Assembly (NCBI GenBank): GCA_965202805.1
Contig: OZ241869.1
Span: forward strand, 2,304,001 to 2,368,000
Length of the DNA stretch: 64,000 nucleotides
Reading direction: 5' to 3'
Source: Longimicrobiales bacterium
Lineage (GTDB): Bacteria; Gemmatimonadota; Gemmatimonadetes; Longimicrobiales; Gaopeijiaceae
Below the pieces are notes generated by a model, which was given only the letters and a program-made list of their open reading frames with translations, ran no database searches and was not told the DNA's origin. Of the stretch, positions 36,165 through 47,199 are shown piece by piece; the stretch's first letter is position 1, and the number at the start of each line of letters is the position of its first letter. Both the position numbers and the translations under genes were made by a program.

Positions 36165-39100
36165 ATGTCCCCGACGCCCGCCGGGCGGGACGAGAGCGGC
36201 ATTCTCGACGCGGTGGTCGGTGCGTCGCTCCGGCACCGGCTGCTCACCGTCGGCGCCGCGGCGGTTGCGCTCGCGGGCGGGGGATGGGTCGCGGCGACCC
36301 TCCCCGTCGATGTCTTTCCGGATCTCACCGCCCCTACCGTCACGGTGCTCACGGACGCCCACGGCCTGGCGCCCGAAGAGGTCGAGAGCCTGGTGACCTT
36401 CCCCCTCGAAACCGCCGTCAACGGAGCCCCGGGCGTGCGCCGGGTGCGGTCCAGTTCGGCGCAGGGCATCAGCATCGTCTGGGTGGACTTCGACTGGGGC
36501 ACGGATCTGTTCCGCGCGCGCCAGATCGTGAACGAGCGGCTACAGCTCGCCGTGACGCAATTCCCCGACGACGTGACGGCTCCCGTCCTCGCCCCGGTCA
36601 GCTCGATCATGGGCGAGATTCTGCTCGTCGGCATGACCGCGCCGGAGGCACAGCTCATGGAAGCCCGCACCGCCGCGGACTGGACGGTGCGGCGCCGGCT
36701 GCTGGCCGTGCCGGGCGTGTCGCAGGTGATTCCCATCGGGGGCGAGGTGCGCCAGTACCAGATCCTGGTCGATCCCGGCCGGATGCGGGCGTACGGGATC
36801 GCGCTGGACGAGGTTCTCGCCGCCGCGGCCGCATCGAACCGCAACGTGTCGGGCGGAGTCTACCGATCCGGAGGCCGGGAGGTCCTCATCCGGGGCCTCG
36901 GACGCGCGCGCGGCCTGGAGGAGATCGGCCTCACCGTGGTCGCGGTGCGCGACGGCGTGCCCGTGCTGATCGAGGACGTCGCCGACGTGCGCATCGGCCC
37001 GAAGATCCGCTTCGGGACGGCCGCGGTGAATGCCGAGCCGGCCGTCATCCTCTCGATTCAGAAACAGCCGGGCGCCAACACGCTGGAGCTCACGGAGCGC
37101 GTGGACGCCGAACTGGACGCCATCGAGGCCGAGCTCCCCGCGGGCGTCTCGTTCGCGCGGGCCATCTTCCGCCAGGCCGACTTCATCTCGCTGGCCGTGG
37201 AGAACGTGGTGGAGGCGCTCCGCGATGGGGCGGTGCTCGTCATCGTCATCCTGTTCCTCTTCCTCTGGAACCTGCGCACGACGGTCATTTCCGTTCTGGC
37301 GATTCCCCTGTCGCTCGCGCTGGCCGTTCTCGCCCTGCTCCTGCTCGGGGGCACGATCAACACGATGACCCTGGGGGGGATGGCGATCGCCATCGGCGCC
37401 CTGGTCGACGACGCCATCATCTTCGTGGAGAACGCCTACCGGCGGCTGCGCGGCAACCGGCAGCAGCCGGAGGACATGCGGCAGCCGACCCTGCCGCTGA
37501 TCCGCTACGCCGCACGCGAAATGCGCGACCCGATCGTCAACGCGACCCTCATCATCACCGTCGTGTTCGTGCCGCTCTTCTTCCTGTCCGGGGTGGAGGG
37601 CCGCATGCTGCGCCCGCTCGGCCAGGCCTACATCGTGGCCATTCTGGCCTCCCTGCTGGTGGCGGTCACCGTGACCCCGGTGCTCTGTTCCCTGCTCCTG
37701 TCGGAGGATCGCTCGCTGGCGAAGAAGCAGGAACCCTGGCTGCTGCGCGGCGTGCAGCGCCTCTACGGAAACCTGCTGGAATGGACCCTGCGCCGCTCGG
37801 GTGTCGTGGTGGCGGGGGCGGGTGTGCTGCTGCTGGGCACGCTGGCGCTGATCCCCTCGCTGGGCGGCGAGTTCCTGCCCCCGTTCCGGGAAGGTTCGCT
37901 GACCATCTCGGTGGTCAGCCTGCCGGGGACCTCGCTGGCGGAGTCGGACGGGATCGGAGCACGGGTGGAACGGCGCCTGCTGGACCATCCCGCGGTGGTC
38001 TCCACCTCGCGGCGGACCGGGCGGGCGGATCTGGACGAGCACGCACAGGGTTCCAACGCCTCCGAGATCGACGCGCGGCTCGACCTGACCGGGCACGAGC
38101 TGGACGACGTGCTGGCGGAACTGCGCGACGGCCTCGGCGGCTTTCCGGGCACCAACGTCACGGTGGGTCAGCCCATCGGACACCGCATCGATCACATGCT
38201 CTCCGGGACGCGCGCCGCCATCGCGGTGAACCTGTTCGGACCGGAGCTGCAGCCCCTGCGCGACATCGCGGCGCAGATCGAGACCGTCGCCGGCCAGGTC
38301 CCCGGCCTGGTGGACATCTCCGTCGAACGGCAGGCGGACGTGCCGCAACTCCAGGTCCGCGCCGACCGTCGCGCCATGGCCCGCTACGGCGTCACCCCGG
38401 GATCGCTGGCGGCCGCGGTGGACGTCGCGTTCCAGGGAGAGGAGGTCTCGCTGATCCGGGAGGGCCAGCGCGCCTTCGACCTGGTCGTGCGCTACGCCGA
38501 CGAGCATCGTGCGGACGCGGACGCCATCGGGGGCACGCTGGTCTCGACGCCCGCGGGTGCGACGGTCCCGCTCTCGCAGCTCGCAGCCATCGTGCCGGCC
38601 CGGGGCCCCAACACCATCAGCCGCGAAAACGTCCAGAGGAAGATCGCGATCAGCGCCAACGTGGCAGACCGCGACGTGGTCGGCGCGGTGACGGAGCTTC
38701 AGGAGAGGGTCGCGGCGGAGGTGGCGCTGCCGCAGGGGTACTCGCTTCAGTACGGCGGACAGTTCGAGAGCGGACAGGCGGCCACCCGGCGCATCACCGT
38801 GCTCTCGTTCTTCTCGATCGCCGCGATCTTCCTGGTCCTGCTGCGGGCCTTCGGCGACGCCCGCACGGCGCTGCTTCTCATGGCCAACCTGCCCCTGGCC
38901 CTCGCGGGCGGCGTCGCCACGGTGATGCTCATCGGCGGCACCATCAACGTCGCCACCCTGGTCGGCTTCATCACCCTCTTCGGCATCGCCGTGCGCAACG
39001 GCATCCTGCTGGTCAGCCGCTACCAGCACCTGTGCGGGCACGGTCTTCCGCTCCCGGGCGCCATCCGGCGAGGGTCGACGGAGCGCCTCAGCCCCATCGT

Positions 39101-39290
39101 GATGACCGCGCTCACCACGGGCCTGGCGCTGATCCCGCTGGCGCTCGGCATCGGCGAACCCGGTAAGGAGATTCAGGCTCCGCTCGCGGTGGTGGTGCTC
39201 GGCGGCCTGATCACATCGACCTTCCTCAACATGTTCGTCATTCCCGCGCTCTTCCTGCGGTATGGGCGGTTCGGAAGGGAGGCGCCGTAA
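36165..39290 (+). CDS. Heavy-metal efflux RND permease (CzcA/NccA-like, probably divalent cations)
   Basis: PVDVFPDL, GLAPEEVE, GALVDDAII, SGVEGRM, DEHA and HRIDH motifs, RLSPIVMTA; lacks the CusA Met triad. Confidence 0.92.
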   Translation: MSPTPAGRDESGILDAVVGASLRHRLLTVGAAAVALAGGGWVAATLPVDVFPDLTAPTVTVLTDAHGLAPEEVESLVTFPLETAVNGAPGVRRVRSSSAQGISIVWVDFDWGTDLFRARQIVNERLQLAVTQFPDDVTAPVLAPVSSIMGEILLVGMTAPEAQLMEARTAADWTVRRRLLAVPGVSQVIPIGGEVRQYQILVDPGRMRAYGIALDEVLAAAAASNRNVSGGVYRSGGREVLIRGLGRARGLEEIGLTVVAVRDGVPVLIEDVADVRIGPKIRFGTAAVNAEPAVILSIQKQPGANTLELTERVDAELDAIEAELPAGVSFARAIFRQADFISLAVENVVEALRDGAVLVIVILFLFLWNLRTTVISVLAIPLSLALAVLALLLLGGTINTMTLGGMAIAIGALVDDAIIFVENAYRRLRGNRQQPEDMRQPTLPLIRYAAREMRDPIVNATLIITVVFVPLFFLSGVEGRMLRPLGQAYIVAILASLLVAVTVTPVLCSLLLSEDRSLAKKQEPWLLRGVQRLYGNLLEWTLRRSGVVVAGAGVLLLGTLALIPSLGGEFLPPFREGSLTISVVSLPGTSLAESDGIGARVERRLLDHPAVVSTSRRTGRADLDEHAQGSNASEIDARLDLTGHELDDVLAELRDGLGGFPGTNVTVGQPIGHRIDHMLSGTRAAIAVNLFGPELQPLRDIAAQIETVAGQVPGLVDISVERQADVPQLQVRADRRAMARYGVTPGSLAAAVDVAFQGEEVSLIREGQRAFDLVVRYADEHRADADAIGGTLVSTPAGATVPLSQLAAIVPARGPNTISRENVQRKIAISANVADRDVVGAVTELQERVAAEVALPQGYSLQYGGQFESGQAATRRITVLSFFSIAAIFLVLLRAFGDARTALLLMANLPLALAGGVATVMLIGGTINVATLVGFITLFGIAVRNGILLVSRYQHLCGHGLPLPGAIRRGSTERLSPIVMTALTTGLALIPLALGIGEPGKEIQAPLAVVVLGGLITSTFLNMFVIPALFLRYGRFGREAP

Positions 39291-39343
39291 GAGCGTCTTG
39301 CCAGCCCCGCGCTCGCTGCTCGCGCGGACTTGTCCACGGTCTG

Positions 39344-42300
39344 CTAATGCAGGACGTTGCTTGACCTGAGGTGGGCCATAACCGGGCCGATCATGAGCGG
39401 ACGGATGCGATAGCGGGACCGGGCGACGCCACCCCCTGCCGCTCTCTCGGCGGGCGGCTTCTCCGGGGCCGCGTCCCCAACCCCCTCGATCACGTCCGCG
39501 ACCTTCTCGATCACCCGGCTCTCCTCCAGTGACCGGAGGATGTGCAGGCTCTCGGGGGCCGCGGTTCGCGCGACTTCACAGTATTCGTCGACGGTCAGGG
39601 TTCCGTGGTCGAGGATGGCCTTGAGTGCGAAGCTCTGCGTCCGGTCCAGGTGCTCGATTCCCGAATCCAGCGTGCTCGGCGGTTGCACGACGAGGGTGCC
39701 CGGGGTCGACGTGAAGTCCGCCGTACGCAGCCAGTGGAAGAGCGCCAGGCGAACCGATCCCAGGGAGGCGCGGTGCAGGCGCTGGAAGTAGTCCGCCTCG
39801 ACGAGCAGTTCCTGCTTCTCCGCGCCCCGCAGCCGGCGCGTCCGCCGCCGCAACGCCGCGCGCCCGTCATCTGGTTCGGCGTAACGCAGCGGAAGGCCGC
39901 TCAGCCGGTGCCGGGCCAGAACGGCCTGCTTCAGCTCTTCGGGCGACAGCTCTCCCAGATTGACCCGCTCGATGTCGTGCACGAAGGCCGGCGCCCGCTT
40001 CTCGACCAGTTGCCAGGCCGACGAGGTCATGGCCGCGATCCAGAGCACCTTCGATTCGGTGCGCGACATGAAGGTCAGGAGCCGCTCGAACAGCCTGCTG
40101 CCCTGGGGCGTGCGCATGTGAAGATGTTCCGTCGCCTCCAGGATGACGAAGCCGGGAATCGTCCTGGGCGGCGCCTCCAGGACACGCTCCGCAAGGGAGT
40201 CGAGATCGCGCGCTTCCTCCAGACCCAGCCATCCGGCCAGACATTCCGCGAGACGTGCTTCTGCCGTGACACGGGTGGCGAACGTCCGCCGCACCCCACT
40301 CGGGATCGCTTCGGAAAGGCCGCTTGCCACGACATTCAGGAAACTGGTCACGCCCGCGCCGGGCGATGCGATGACGACCACGGACCTCGGCTCCGCGTGC
40401 GTTCGCCGGCCCCAGGCCGATCCCACTGCGGCCATCGCGTCTTCCCGTCCCGCCAGCAACCTCACGTCAGTCAGCGGCTCGAGCGAGAATAGGCGCCGGT
40501 ATACGACCGGGAGCGCGCGCGGGTACGCCTTCGCGTGCGCGAGGGAATCTTCGCGGCGACCGGCGGCGGCCCGGGGCGCCGGACCGAGACCCAGGCTCGC
40601 GCGCAGTTGGCGAAGGAGCGCCAGGGCCCACGATGCAGCCGTGGTGGCGCGGGCGCCGGCCTGAGCGGACAGCCGCCCCGTCCGGTTCAACGCCCGGGCG
40701 AACCCGACCGCGAGAACCGTGCGAGCTTCGAGATAGCCCGCCGTCATCCGGTCCGCGGTGACGTGCTCGATCAGCCGGCGCGAACCGCCGCCGATCTCGG
40801 CGGCGACCTTGTCTTTCGCCGCGACGAGGGCTTCGCGCAGAAGTTCGCGCGCTGCGGCGGCCTTGTTGCCGGCACGGGTGAGGGCGTTGACGACCAGCGC
40901 GGTGGGGTGCGGCGCGCCGGAATTGCGCCGATCATTCGTCTCCGCGACCGCGGCCTCGTAGCCGTATCCCGACACTTCCCGGAGCTCGGCCACCTCCAGG
41001 TGTGCCCGGCGCATGGCTTCGCGGATCGCAGAAGGCGCGGCGCGCATGCGTTCCCGGCGCAGGAGATCGAACGCATGGAGGAAGGTCTCGCGCAGGCGCA
41101 CGGTGCGGGGGTCGGCCCCCGGCTTTCGCGGGGTATCTCCGGGCGCGGGGATGTCGTGGAGGGCCAGGGCTCCCGGCATCCGCTCCCGAACCTGGTCCAG
41201 GGCGTGGATTCCCTCCTCCACCGTGCGGGTCAGCGCCTCCAACACGGCATCGGGTTCCGGCAGGCTGTCCTGGACGAGCGCGAGCGCCCGGCCGGTCCGT
41301 TGCCGCTCGGCCTCGAGCATCGCCGGCAGATCCGCGTCGTCGGCAGACAGGCTCTCCGCACGCTCCCTGCTTCGGTCCAGTTCGGCCGCGACGTCCGCCA
41401 GCACCGCATCCGCATTCCGGACGATGCGCGACCAGCCGCGCCGCAACTCGCCTAGAATCCCGTCGACGCCCCGCCGCATGGCAACCAGATTGCGGTACAG
41501 CTCCAGTCGAGCCGCGGCTCCCGCCGCCCAGGCGTCCCATTGCGCGGCCAGCTCCGGTTGGAGTCCGGCGCGCGGCCGGCTGGACGGAGGGTCCGCCGCG
41601 AAGGTGCCGGCCACCGCGACCGAGGCCGCGAGCAACTCCTCCAGGCGGCGGAAGTCGGCGCTCCGGGCGCTCCGGCAAGCCCATTCGGCCTCGTCGATGA
41701 GCGCCTGCAACTCGGCCCGAAACGCCGCCCCGGCGGTGTGGTGGATCCGTGCTTCGTCAGGCAGCTGCTCCTCCGCAGGGTCGGCGGTCCGCTCGGGGGC
41801 GTCCGCGGCACGGGCCGGCTGCAGCACCGCAGCGGCCCACCCGGAGCACGCGCGCTCGAGGTGCCCGAGCCATTCCGCTCGGTCGCGCTGGCTTTGCCTG
41901 AAGGCGGTCGCCTGCGCACGCAGCACCACCTGGTCGAGGTGCTGGCGGGCCAGCCGGGCCACCGGGACGCGGCGCATGCGGCCCCGCCACACCACCGGGC
42001 CGAGCAGGCGCGCGACGGCACGCTTGATCGTGCGGACGGTACCGACACCGGCGACGCGCGCGGCGGAGGACCGCGAAGCCGGCGCCTGGAGGATCGCCGG
42101 CAGCTGCGCCAGCGACGCCCGCGCCCCATCCGCGGTCGCGGCAAGCGATCGTTCGAGCGTGGTCGCGACCCTCGGTCGGGCCAGCACGACACGGAGAGGC
42201 TCGATGACCTCTTCCGAGACTGCATCGCGATACCGCGCCGGCGCCCCGGGCACATCCCCGCCCCTGTCGACGGCGCGCGCGTCCCGGCCTCCGTCCCCCG

Positions 42301-42619
42301 CGAGCCCTCCCCGTCCCCCACCGCTGCGACCGGCACCCTCCGTTCCCTCGACGGCGAGGGCGTCGAGTGCCCGCTCATGCGCACCCGCGGCGTCCTCCAG
42401 CGTCCGGCGAACGGGATGCCACGCTTTCTTTTCGTAGCGCCGCCAGGCCTCAGCGAAGGGCTCGTGCACCACTGCGGCAATGCGGGCGACGATGTCGGAG
42501 TCGCCGGAAACCCCAGGCCCGCTCCTGCTGTCGCTCGGCGGTGAAGAGACCGTCACCCGGGCGGCGTCCGCGGTATCCTGGCCGGGGACCTCGGGTCTCG
42601 TGCGCGAGTCTCCGTTCAT
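39344..42619 (-). CDS. Large helical protein with a C-terminal degenerate AAA+/P-loop domain
   Basis: LPVVYRRLF...LLAGRE, Walker A-like ASPGAGVTS lacking Lys, VILEATEHL, ARHRLSG, LFHWL; ATGA overlap with the mscS-family gene. Confidence 0.7.
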   Translation of the reverse strand: MNGDSRTRPEVPGQDTADAARVTVSSPPSDSRSGPGVSGDSDIVARIAAVVHEPFAEAWRRYEKKAWHPVRRTLEDAAGAHERALDALAVEGTEGAGRSGGGRGGLAGDGGRDARAVDRGGDVPGAPARYRDAVSEEVIEPLRVVLARPRVATTLERSLAATADGARASLAQLPAILQAPASRSSAARVAGVGTVRTIKRAVARLLGPVVWRGRMRRVPVARLARQHLDQVVLRAQATAFRQSQRDRAEWLGHLERACSGWAAAVLQPARAADAPERTADPAEEQLPDEARIHHTAGAAFRAELQALIDEAEWACRSARSADFRRLEELLAASVAVAGTFAADPPSSRPRAGLQPELAAQWDAWAAGAAARLELYRNLVAMRRGVDGILGELRRGWSRIVRNADAVLADVAAELDRSRERAESLSADDADLPAMLEAERQRTGRALALVQDSLPEPDAVLEALTRTVEEGIHALDQVRERMPGALALHDIPAPGDTPRKPGADPRTVRLRETFLHAFDLLRRERMRAAPSAIREAMRRAHLEVAELREVSGYGYEAAVAETNDRRNSGAPHPTALVVNALTRAGNKAAAARELLREALVAAKDKVAAEIGGGSRRLIEHVTADRMTAGYLEARTVLAVGFARALNRTGRLSAQAGARATTAASWALALLRQLRASLGLGPAPRAAAGRREDSLAHAKAYPRALPVVYRRLFSLEPLTDVRLLAGREDAMAAVGSAWGRRTHAEPRSVVVIASPGAGVTSFLNVVASGLSEAIPSGVRRTFATRVTAEARLAECLAGWLGLEEARDLDSLAERVLEAPPRTIPGFVILEATEHLHMRTPQGSRLFERLLTFMSRTESKVLWIAAMTSSAWQLVEKRAPAFVHDIERVNLGELSPEELKQAVLARHRLSGLPLRYAEPDDGRAALRRRTRRLRGAEKQELLVEADYFQRLHRASLGSVRLALFHWLRTADFTSTPGTLVVQPPSTLDSGIEHLDRTQSFALKAILDHGTLTVDEYCEVARTAAPESLHILRSLEESRVIEKVADVIEGVGDAAPEKPPAERAAGGGVARSRYRIRPLMIGPVMAHLRSSNVLH

Positions 42620-43914
42620 CCAGGTCTCCGCTCAGCCGAATCTCCGGCCTCCGCCGCTGCGACCATCGGATACCAGTCGCGTTCCGGCATGAGCCCCGCA
42701 GAGCGGAAGCCATCGCGGGCGCGCTCGGTGATGTCGCTCCGCATCAGGAACTCGAAGCGAGGGTCCAGCACGTAGGCCTTGACCCGTACGCGGGTGACGA
42801 AGGTGGTGCGGAATTCGTCTCCCACCAGGACTACGATGGGCTTGTTCAGGAAGACGTACTGGGAGGTGACGGCGGCCTCGAAGGCGATCTCCCTGGCCCT
42901 GCGTTCGTCCACGCGGCCGGGCAGATACAGATCGGTCACGACCTGGCAGTTCAACTGCCCGGCGTTGGCGTTGGCGACCTGCTCCTCGACGACCTGCGAG
43001 TTGGGCACGGTCACCAGGTTGTCGTCGGCGGTCACGATGCGCGTCGACCTGAGACCGATCGATACCACCTCTCCGTAGGTTCCCCCGACCGAGATCTTGT
43101 CGCCCACCTGGAAGGGCTGGTCGAAGACCACGATCAGGCCCCCCAACACGTTCTTGAGCAGGTCCTGCGCCGCGATGCCGAGCGCCAGGCCCAGCGCCGC
43201 ACTCGCCGCCAGCAGCCCCTGGGCGTCGACCCGGAACACGGTGCGCAGGATGAGGTAGGCCGCGATCCCCCACAGCGCCATGCGCGTGATGGGGATGAGC
43301 CACTTGATGGAGAGGCGACGCTTGACGCTCCGTTCGGCGAGCGTCTCAAGGATCCATGCCAGCGCCCGGATCAGGAAGTGAAAGACGACGATGACGATCA
43401 GCGACCAGAAGATGCCGACCCCGAGACTCCGGACCTCCTCGGTCGCCTCGTCCAGATCGAGGGCGGCGCCGGCGGTGTCGGCCTGGGCCGCGGCCGCTGT
43501 GCCGTCCTGCTCCATCGCGTCCAGGCGGGATAGTATCACTTGCTGCGCCGCAGTGATATCACTCAACTGGGCGGCGAGGGAATCGAGGGTCGGCTGGGAT
43601 GGGGATGCAACCTGCCCGGCACCCGCCTGCGGCTGAACGCCAGCCGCCGCAGCTGCTTCGGCTCCGGGGTCCGCGGCGGGGCCCGCGCCCGCTTCCGCCT
43701 GCTGTCCCGGTGCCGCTTCCGCCGGTTGCTCCGCTGCCGCGCCCGCCTCGGCGCCGGGGACGGCCGTCTGCTCCGTCCCCGTGATCACCACCGTGCCGGA
43801 CTCCGAGTCCGCCGGCACATCCGCGCACGCGGCGATGGCCAGCGGGAGCATGATACAGCCTGCGACGCGCGTGAGCAGCTTCGTGGCGTCGCCGTTCGTG
43901 TCTCGTGCGGCCAT
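42616..43914 (-). CDS. MscS-family mechanosensitive channel with a lipoprotein-like, low-complexity N-terminus
   Basis: GIAAQDLLKN, PFQVGDKI, GEVVSIGLRSTRI, VTVPNS; LAIAAC followed by an Ala/Gln/Pro-rich linker. Confidence 0.9.
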   Translation of the reverse strand: MAARDTNGDATKLLTRVAGCIMLPLAIAACADVPADSESGTVVITGTEQTAVPGAEAGAAAEQPAEAAPGQQAEAGAGPAADPGAEAAAAAGVQPQAGAGQVASPSQPTLDSLAAQLSDITAAQQVILSRLDAMEQDGTAAAAQADTAGAALDLDEATEEVRSLGVGIFWSLIVIVVFHFLIRALAWILETLAERSVKRRLSIKWLIPITRMALWGIAAYLILRTVFRVDAQGLLAASAALGLALGIAAQDLLKNVLGGLIVVFDQPFQVGDKISVGGTYGEVVSIGLRSTRIVTADDNLVTVPNSQVVEEQVANANAGQLNCQVVTDLYLPGRVDERRAREIAFEAAVTSQYVFLNKPIVVLVGDEFRTTFVTRVRVKAYVLDPRFEFLMRSDITERARDGFRSAGLMPERDWYPMVAAAEAGDSAERRPG

Positions 43915-44057
43915 CTACAGGAGGCGTCCCGGGTTGAGTTTGCGGAAACACTACATTATCGGCGTACCGGTCGCGCGCCTACCCCCGCCACTGATCCCCG
44001 CGACCGAACCCTGTGGAGTCGGCTGGGACGCGCGCGCCCGACGGCAGCGCGAACCCG

Positions 44058-47000
44058 TCAGACCGCGACAGCGCTGTCGCCCGGGTCCTCGGGCAGCCCG
44101 CGCGCCTTCCACAGGTAGTAGACCACCGGGAAGAGCAGAAGTACCACGGCGCCCGAAGTCACGACCCCTCCCACAAGGGGCGCCGCGATCCGCTTCATGA
44201 CGTCGGCTCCCGCGCCCGCGCTCCACATGATCGGCATCAGCCCCAGCACATCGGTTGCGATGGTCATCATGATCGGGCGGACGCGCTTGATGGATCCCGC
44301 CCGAATCGCCTGCGCGAGCGCCGCGCGATCGGTCAGCAGGCCGCGGTCGCGGTAGTCGTTGAGCGAGAGGTTCAGATAGAGCAGAAACACGATCGCGGTT
44401 TCGGCATAGAGGCCCGCCAGCGCGATGATCCCGATCCAGACGGCGATGGAGAGGTCGTAGTTCAGCGCCTGCAGCAGCCAGAACGAGCCGGCGACGGCAA
44501 ACGGAACGCCCAGCAGCACGAGGCAGGTCTCCGTCACGGATCTGTTGGTCAGGTAGATCAGAACGAAGATCAGAAGGAGGGTCATCGGAACCACGTACAT
44601 GAGGCGCCGCTGGGCGCGCTCGAGGTACTCGTACTGCCCGCTCCACGCGATCGTGTATCCCGGGGGAAGCGCGACCCCGGCCGCGACCGCCTCACGCGCG
44701 GACTCCACGTATCCGCCAATGTCCACATCGCGCAGGTCGACGTACACCCAGGCGTTGGGCTTCGCCCCCTCGCTCTTGATGCTCGGAGGACCGACCACGT
44801 ATTCCATGCCCGCCAGCTGTCCCAGCGGCACCTGGTGCCCCTGCGGCGTCGTCACCAGGACGGCGCGCAGCGCGGGCAGATCGTCCCGCAGTTCGCGGCT
44901 GTAGCGCAGGTTGACCGGATGGCGCGTGAGACCTTCCACCGTCGTCGTGACGTTCATCCCGCCGATCGCCGTCCGGACCACCTCCTGCACGTCCCTCACC
45001 GTGAGTCCGTGCCGGGCAATCGCCTCGCGATCGATGGCGAAATCGAGGTAGTTGCCGCCCATCACGCGGTCCGCGTACACGCTGGCGGTCCCGGGAACGT
45101 CCCGCAGCACCTCCTCGATCTCGCGCCCCAGCCTCTCCAGCTCGGCCAGATCGGGACCGGCGATCTTGACGCCGACGGGCGTGCGGATGCCCGTTGACAG
45201 CATGTCGATCCGGCTCCGGATGGGCATGGTCCAGGCGTTGGTCAGCCCCGGAATCTGCAGGGCGGCGTCGAGTTCCTCGATGAGGCGCTCGGGCGTCATC
45301 CCGGACCGCCACTGTTCGCGGGGCTTCAGGGCGATGGTCGTCTCGATCATGGACAGGGGCGCGGGATCGGTCGCCGTTTCGGCCCGCCCCACCTTGCCGA
45401 AGACATGCCGGACTTCGGGGAAGGTGTAGATGATCCGGTCGGTCTGCTGCAGGATCTCGCGCGCTTCGGTGATCGAGACCCCGGGGAGCGTCGTGGGCAT
45501 GTAGAGCAGATCGCCCTCCCAGAGCGGAGGCATGAACTCCGACCCCAGCCGCGACAGCGGCACGGCAGTCGCCGCCAGCCCCAGCACGGCAGCGGCAAGG
45601 ACCCACCTCCGAAACCGCAGAGCCAGCGAGAGAACCGGCCAATACGTCCGGGCCAGAAACCGGCCCAGCGGGGTGCGCGTCGGCGGGCGGATCCTGCCTC
45701 GCACCCAGTAGCCCACCAGCACCGGAACCAGCGTCACCGACAGGAGCGCGGCCGCCGCCATCGCGTAGGTCTTGGTGAACGCCAGGGGCTTGAACAGCCG
45801 GCCCTCCTGCGCTTCGAGGGTGAAGACCGGCATGAACGACACGGTGATCACCAGCAGCGCCAGGAACAGCGACGGACCCACTTCCCGCGCAGCGGACCCG
45901 ACGATCTCCCAGTGCGGCTTCCGGCCACCGTCCTGGGCGAGGCGCCGGTGGGCGTTCTCGACCATCACGATCCCCGCGTCGACCATCGTCCCGATCGCAA
46001 CCGCGATCCCGCCCAGGGACATGATGTTGAGCGTAAGGCCCTGCAGCCGCACCACGATCAGGGCCATCAGGATTCCCACCGGCAGCGCGATCACGGCCAC
46101 GAGCCCGCTGCGCAGGTGAAAGAGGAAGACGAGGCACACCAGGCCCACGATCACGAGCTGCTGCGCGAGGCTCATGCGGATGCTTCCCACCGCCCGGTCG
46201 ATCAGGCCGGTGCGGTCGTACGCCACCTCGATCTCCACGCCTTCCGGCAGGCCCGGCGTGATTTCCGCCAGCCTGTCCTTCACGTCCCGGATCACCTGCC
46301 GCGTATCCGCGCCGGACCGTACCACGACGATGCCGCCGACCGTCTCCCCTTCCCCGTTCCACTCGGCGAGTCCGCGGCGGCCCTCCGGCCCCAGGCTGAC
46401 GCGCGCGACATCCTCCAGCAGGATCGGCGTCCCGTCCGCGCTCACGCCGAGACCGATTCGGCGAATGTCGTCCACCGACTGGATGTAGCCGAGGCCCCGG
46501 ATCATGAACTCCCGCTCGGCGACCTCGATGAGGCCGCCCCCGACATCGCTGTTGCTCTCCTGGATGGCGGTGCGTATGGCGGAGATGGACAGATCGTATG
46601 CGCGCAGGCGATTCGGGTCGACCGTGATCTGGTACTGGCGCACGAAGCCGCCCACGCTGGCCACCTCCGAGACCCCGGGCACCGCGGTCAGCTCGTACCT
46701 GAGGAACCAGTCCTGGATCGCGCGCAGTTCCCCGAGGTCGTGGCGGTCGGACCGGAGCGCGTAGACGAAGGCCCAGCCGACGCCGGTGGCATCGGGCCCG
46801 AGCCGGGGCGTGACGCCCGCCGGCAGCTGCTCGGAAAGGGCGTTGAGGTACTCCAGGACCCGGCTTCTGGCCCAGTAGAGGTCGGTTCCGTCCTCGAAGA
46901 TGACGTACACGAACGACACTCCGAAGAACGAGTACGCGCGCACCACCTGCGCGAACGGCGCCGCCAGCATCTGGGTGGCGACCGGGTAGGTGACCTGGTC

Positions 47001-47186
47001 CTCCACGATGCGCGGCGCCTGGCCCGGATACTCCGTCTGGATGATGACCTGCACGTCCGAGAGATCCGGAATGGCGTCGATGGGCGTGCGGGACAGGGAG
47101 AAGACGCCCGCCACCACGACGGCCAGGGCGCCGACGAGGATCAGGGGCCGGTTTCTGATGGAGCCGTCGATGATGCGCGCGAACAT
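44058..47186 (-). CDS. cusA: Cu(I)/Ag(I) efflux RND permease
   Basis: DAIPDLSDVQVII, WARSRVLEYL, GPDATGVGW; Met triad motifs DLLYMP, APLSMIET, RIDMLSTG; MKRIAAP. Confidence 0.93.
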   Translation of the reverse strand: MFARIIDGSIRNRPLILVGALAVVVAGVFSLSRTPIDAIPDLSDVQVIIQTEYPGQAPRIVEDQVTYPVATQMLAAPFAQVVRAYSFFGVSFVYVIFEDGTDLYWARSRVLEYLNALSEQLPAGVTPRLGPDATGVGWAFVYALRSDRHDLGELRAIQDWFLRYELTAVPGVSEVASVGGFVRQYQITVDPNRLRAYDLSISAIRTAIQESNSDVGGGLIEVAEREFMIRGLGYIQSVDDIRRIGLGVSADGTPILLEDVARVSLGPEGRRGLAEWNGEGETVGGIVVVRSGADTRQVIRDVKDRLAEITPGLPEGVEIEVAYDRTGLIDRAVGSIRMSLAQQLVIVGLVCLVFLFHLRSGLVAVIALPVGILMALIVVRLQGLTLNIMSLGGIAVAIGTMVDAGIVMVENAHRRLAQDGGRKPHWEIVGSAAREVGPSLFLALLVITVSFMPVFTLEAQEGRLFKPLAFTKTYAMAAAALLSVTLVPVLVGYWVRGRIRPPTRTPLGRFLARTYWPVLSLALRFRRWVLAAAVLGLAATAVPLSRLGSEFMPPLWEGDLLYMPTTLPGVSITEAREILQQTDRIIYTFPEVRHVFGKVGRAETATDPAPLSMIETTIALKPREQWRSGMTPERLIEELDAALQIPGLTNAWTMPIRSRIDMLSTGIRTPVGVKIAGPDLAELERLGREIEEVLRDVPGTASVYADRVMGGNYLDFAIDREAIARHGLTVRDVQEVVRTAIGGMNVTTTVEGLTRHPVNLRYSRELRDDLPALRAVLVTTPQGHQVPLGQLAGMEYVVGPPSIKSEGAKPNAWVYVDLRDVDIGGYVESAREAVAAGVALPPGYTIAWSGQYEYLERAQRRLMYVVPMTLLLIFVLIYLTNRSVTETCLVLLGVPFAVAGSFWLLQALNYDLSIAVWIGIIALAGLYAETAIVFLLYLNLSLNDYRDRGLLTDRAALAQAIRAGSIKRVRPIMMTIATDVLGLMPIMWSAGAGADVMKRIAAPLVGGVVTSGAVVLLLFPVVYYLWKARGLPEDPGDSAVAV

Positions 47187-47199
47187 GAGCGGGCCTCCC

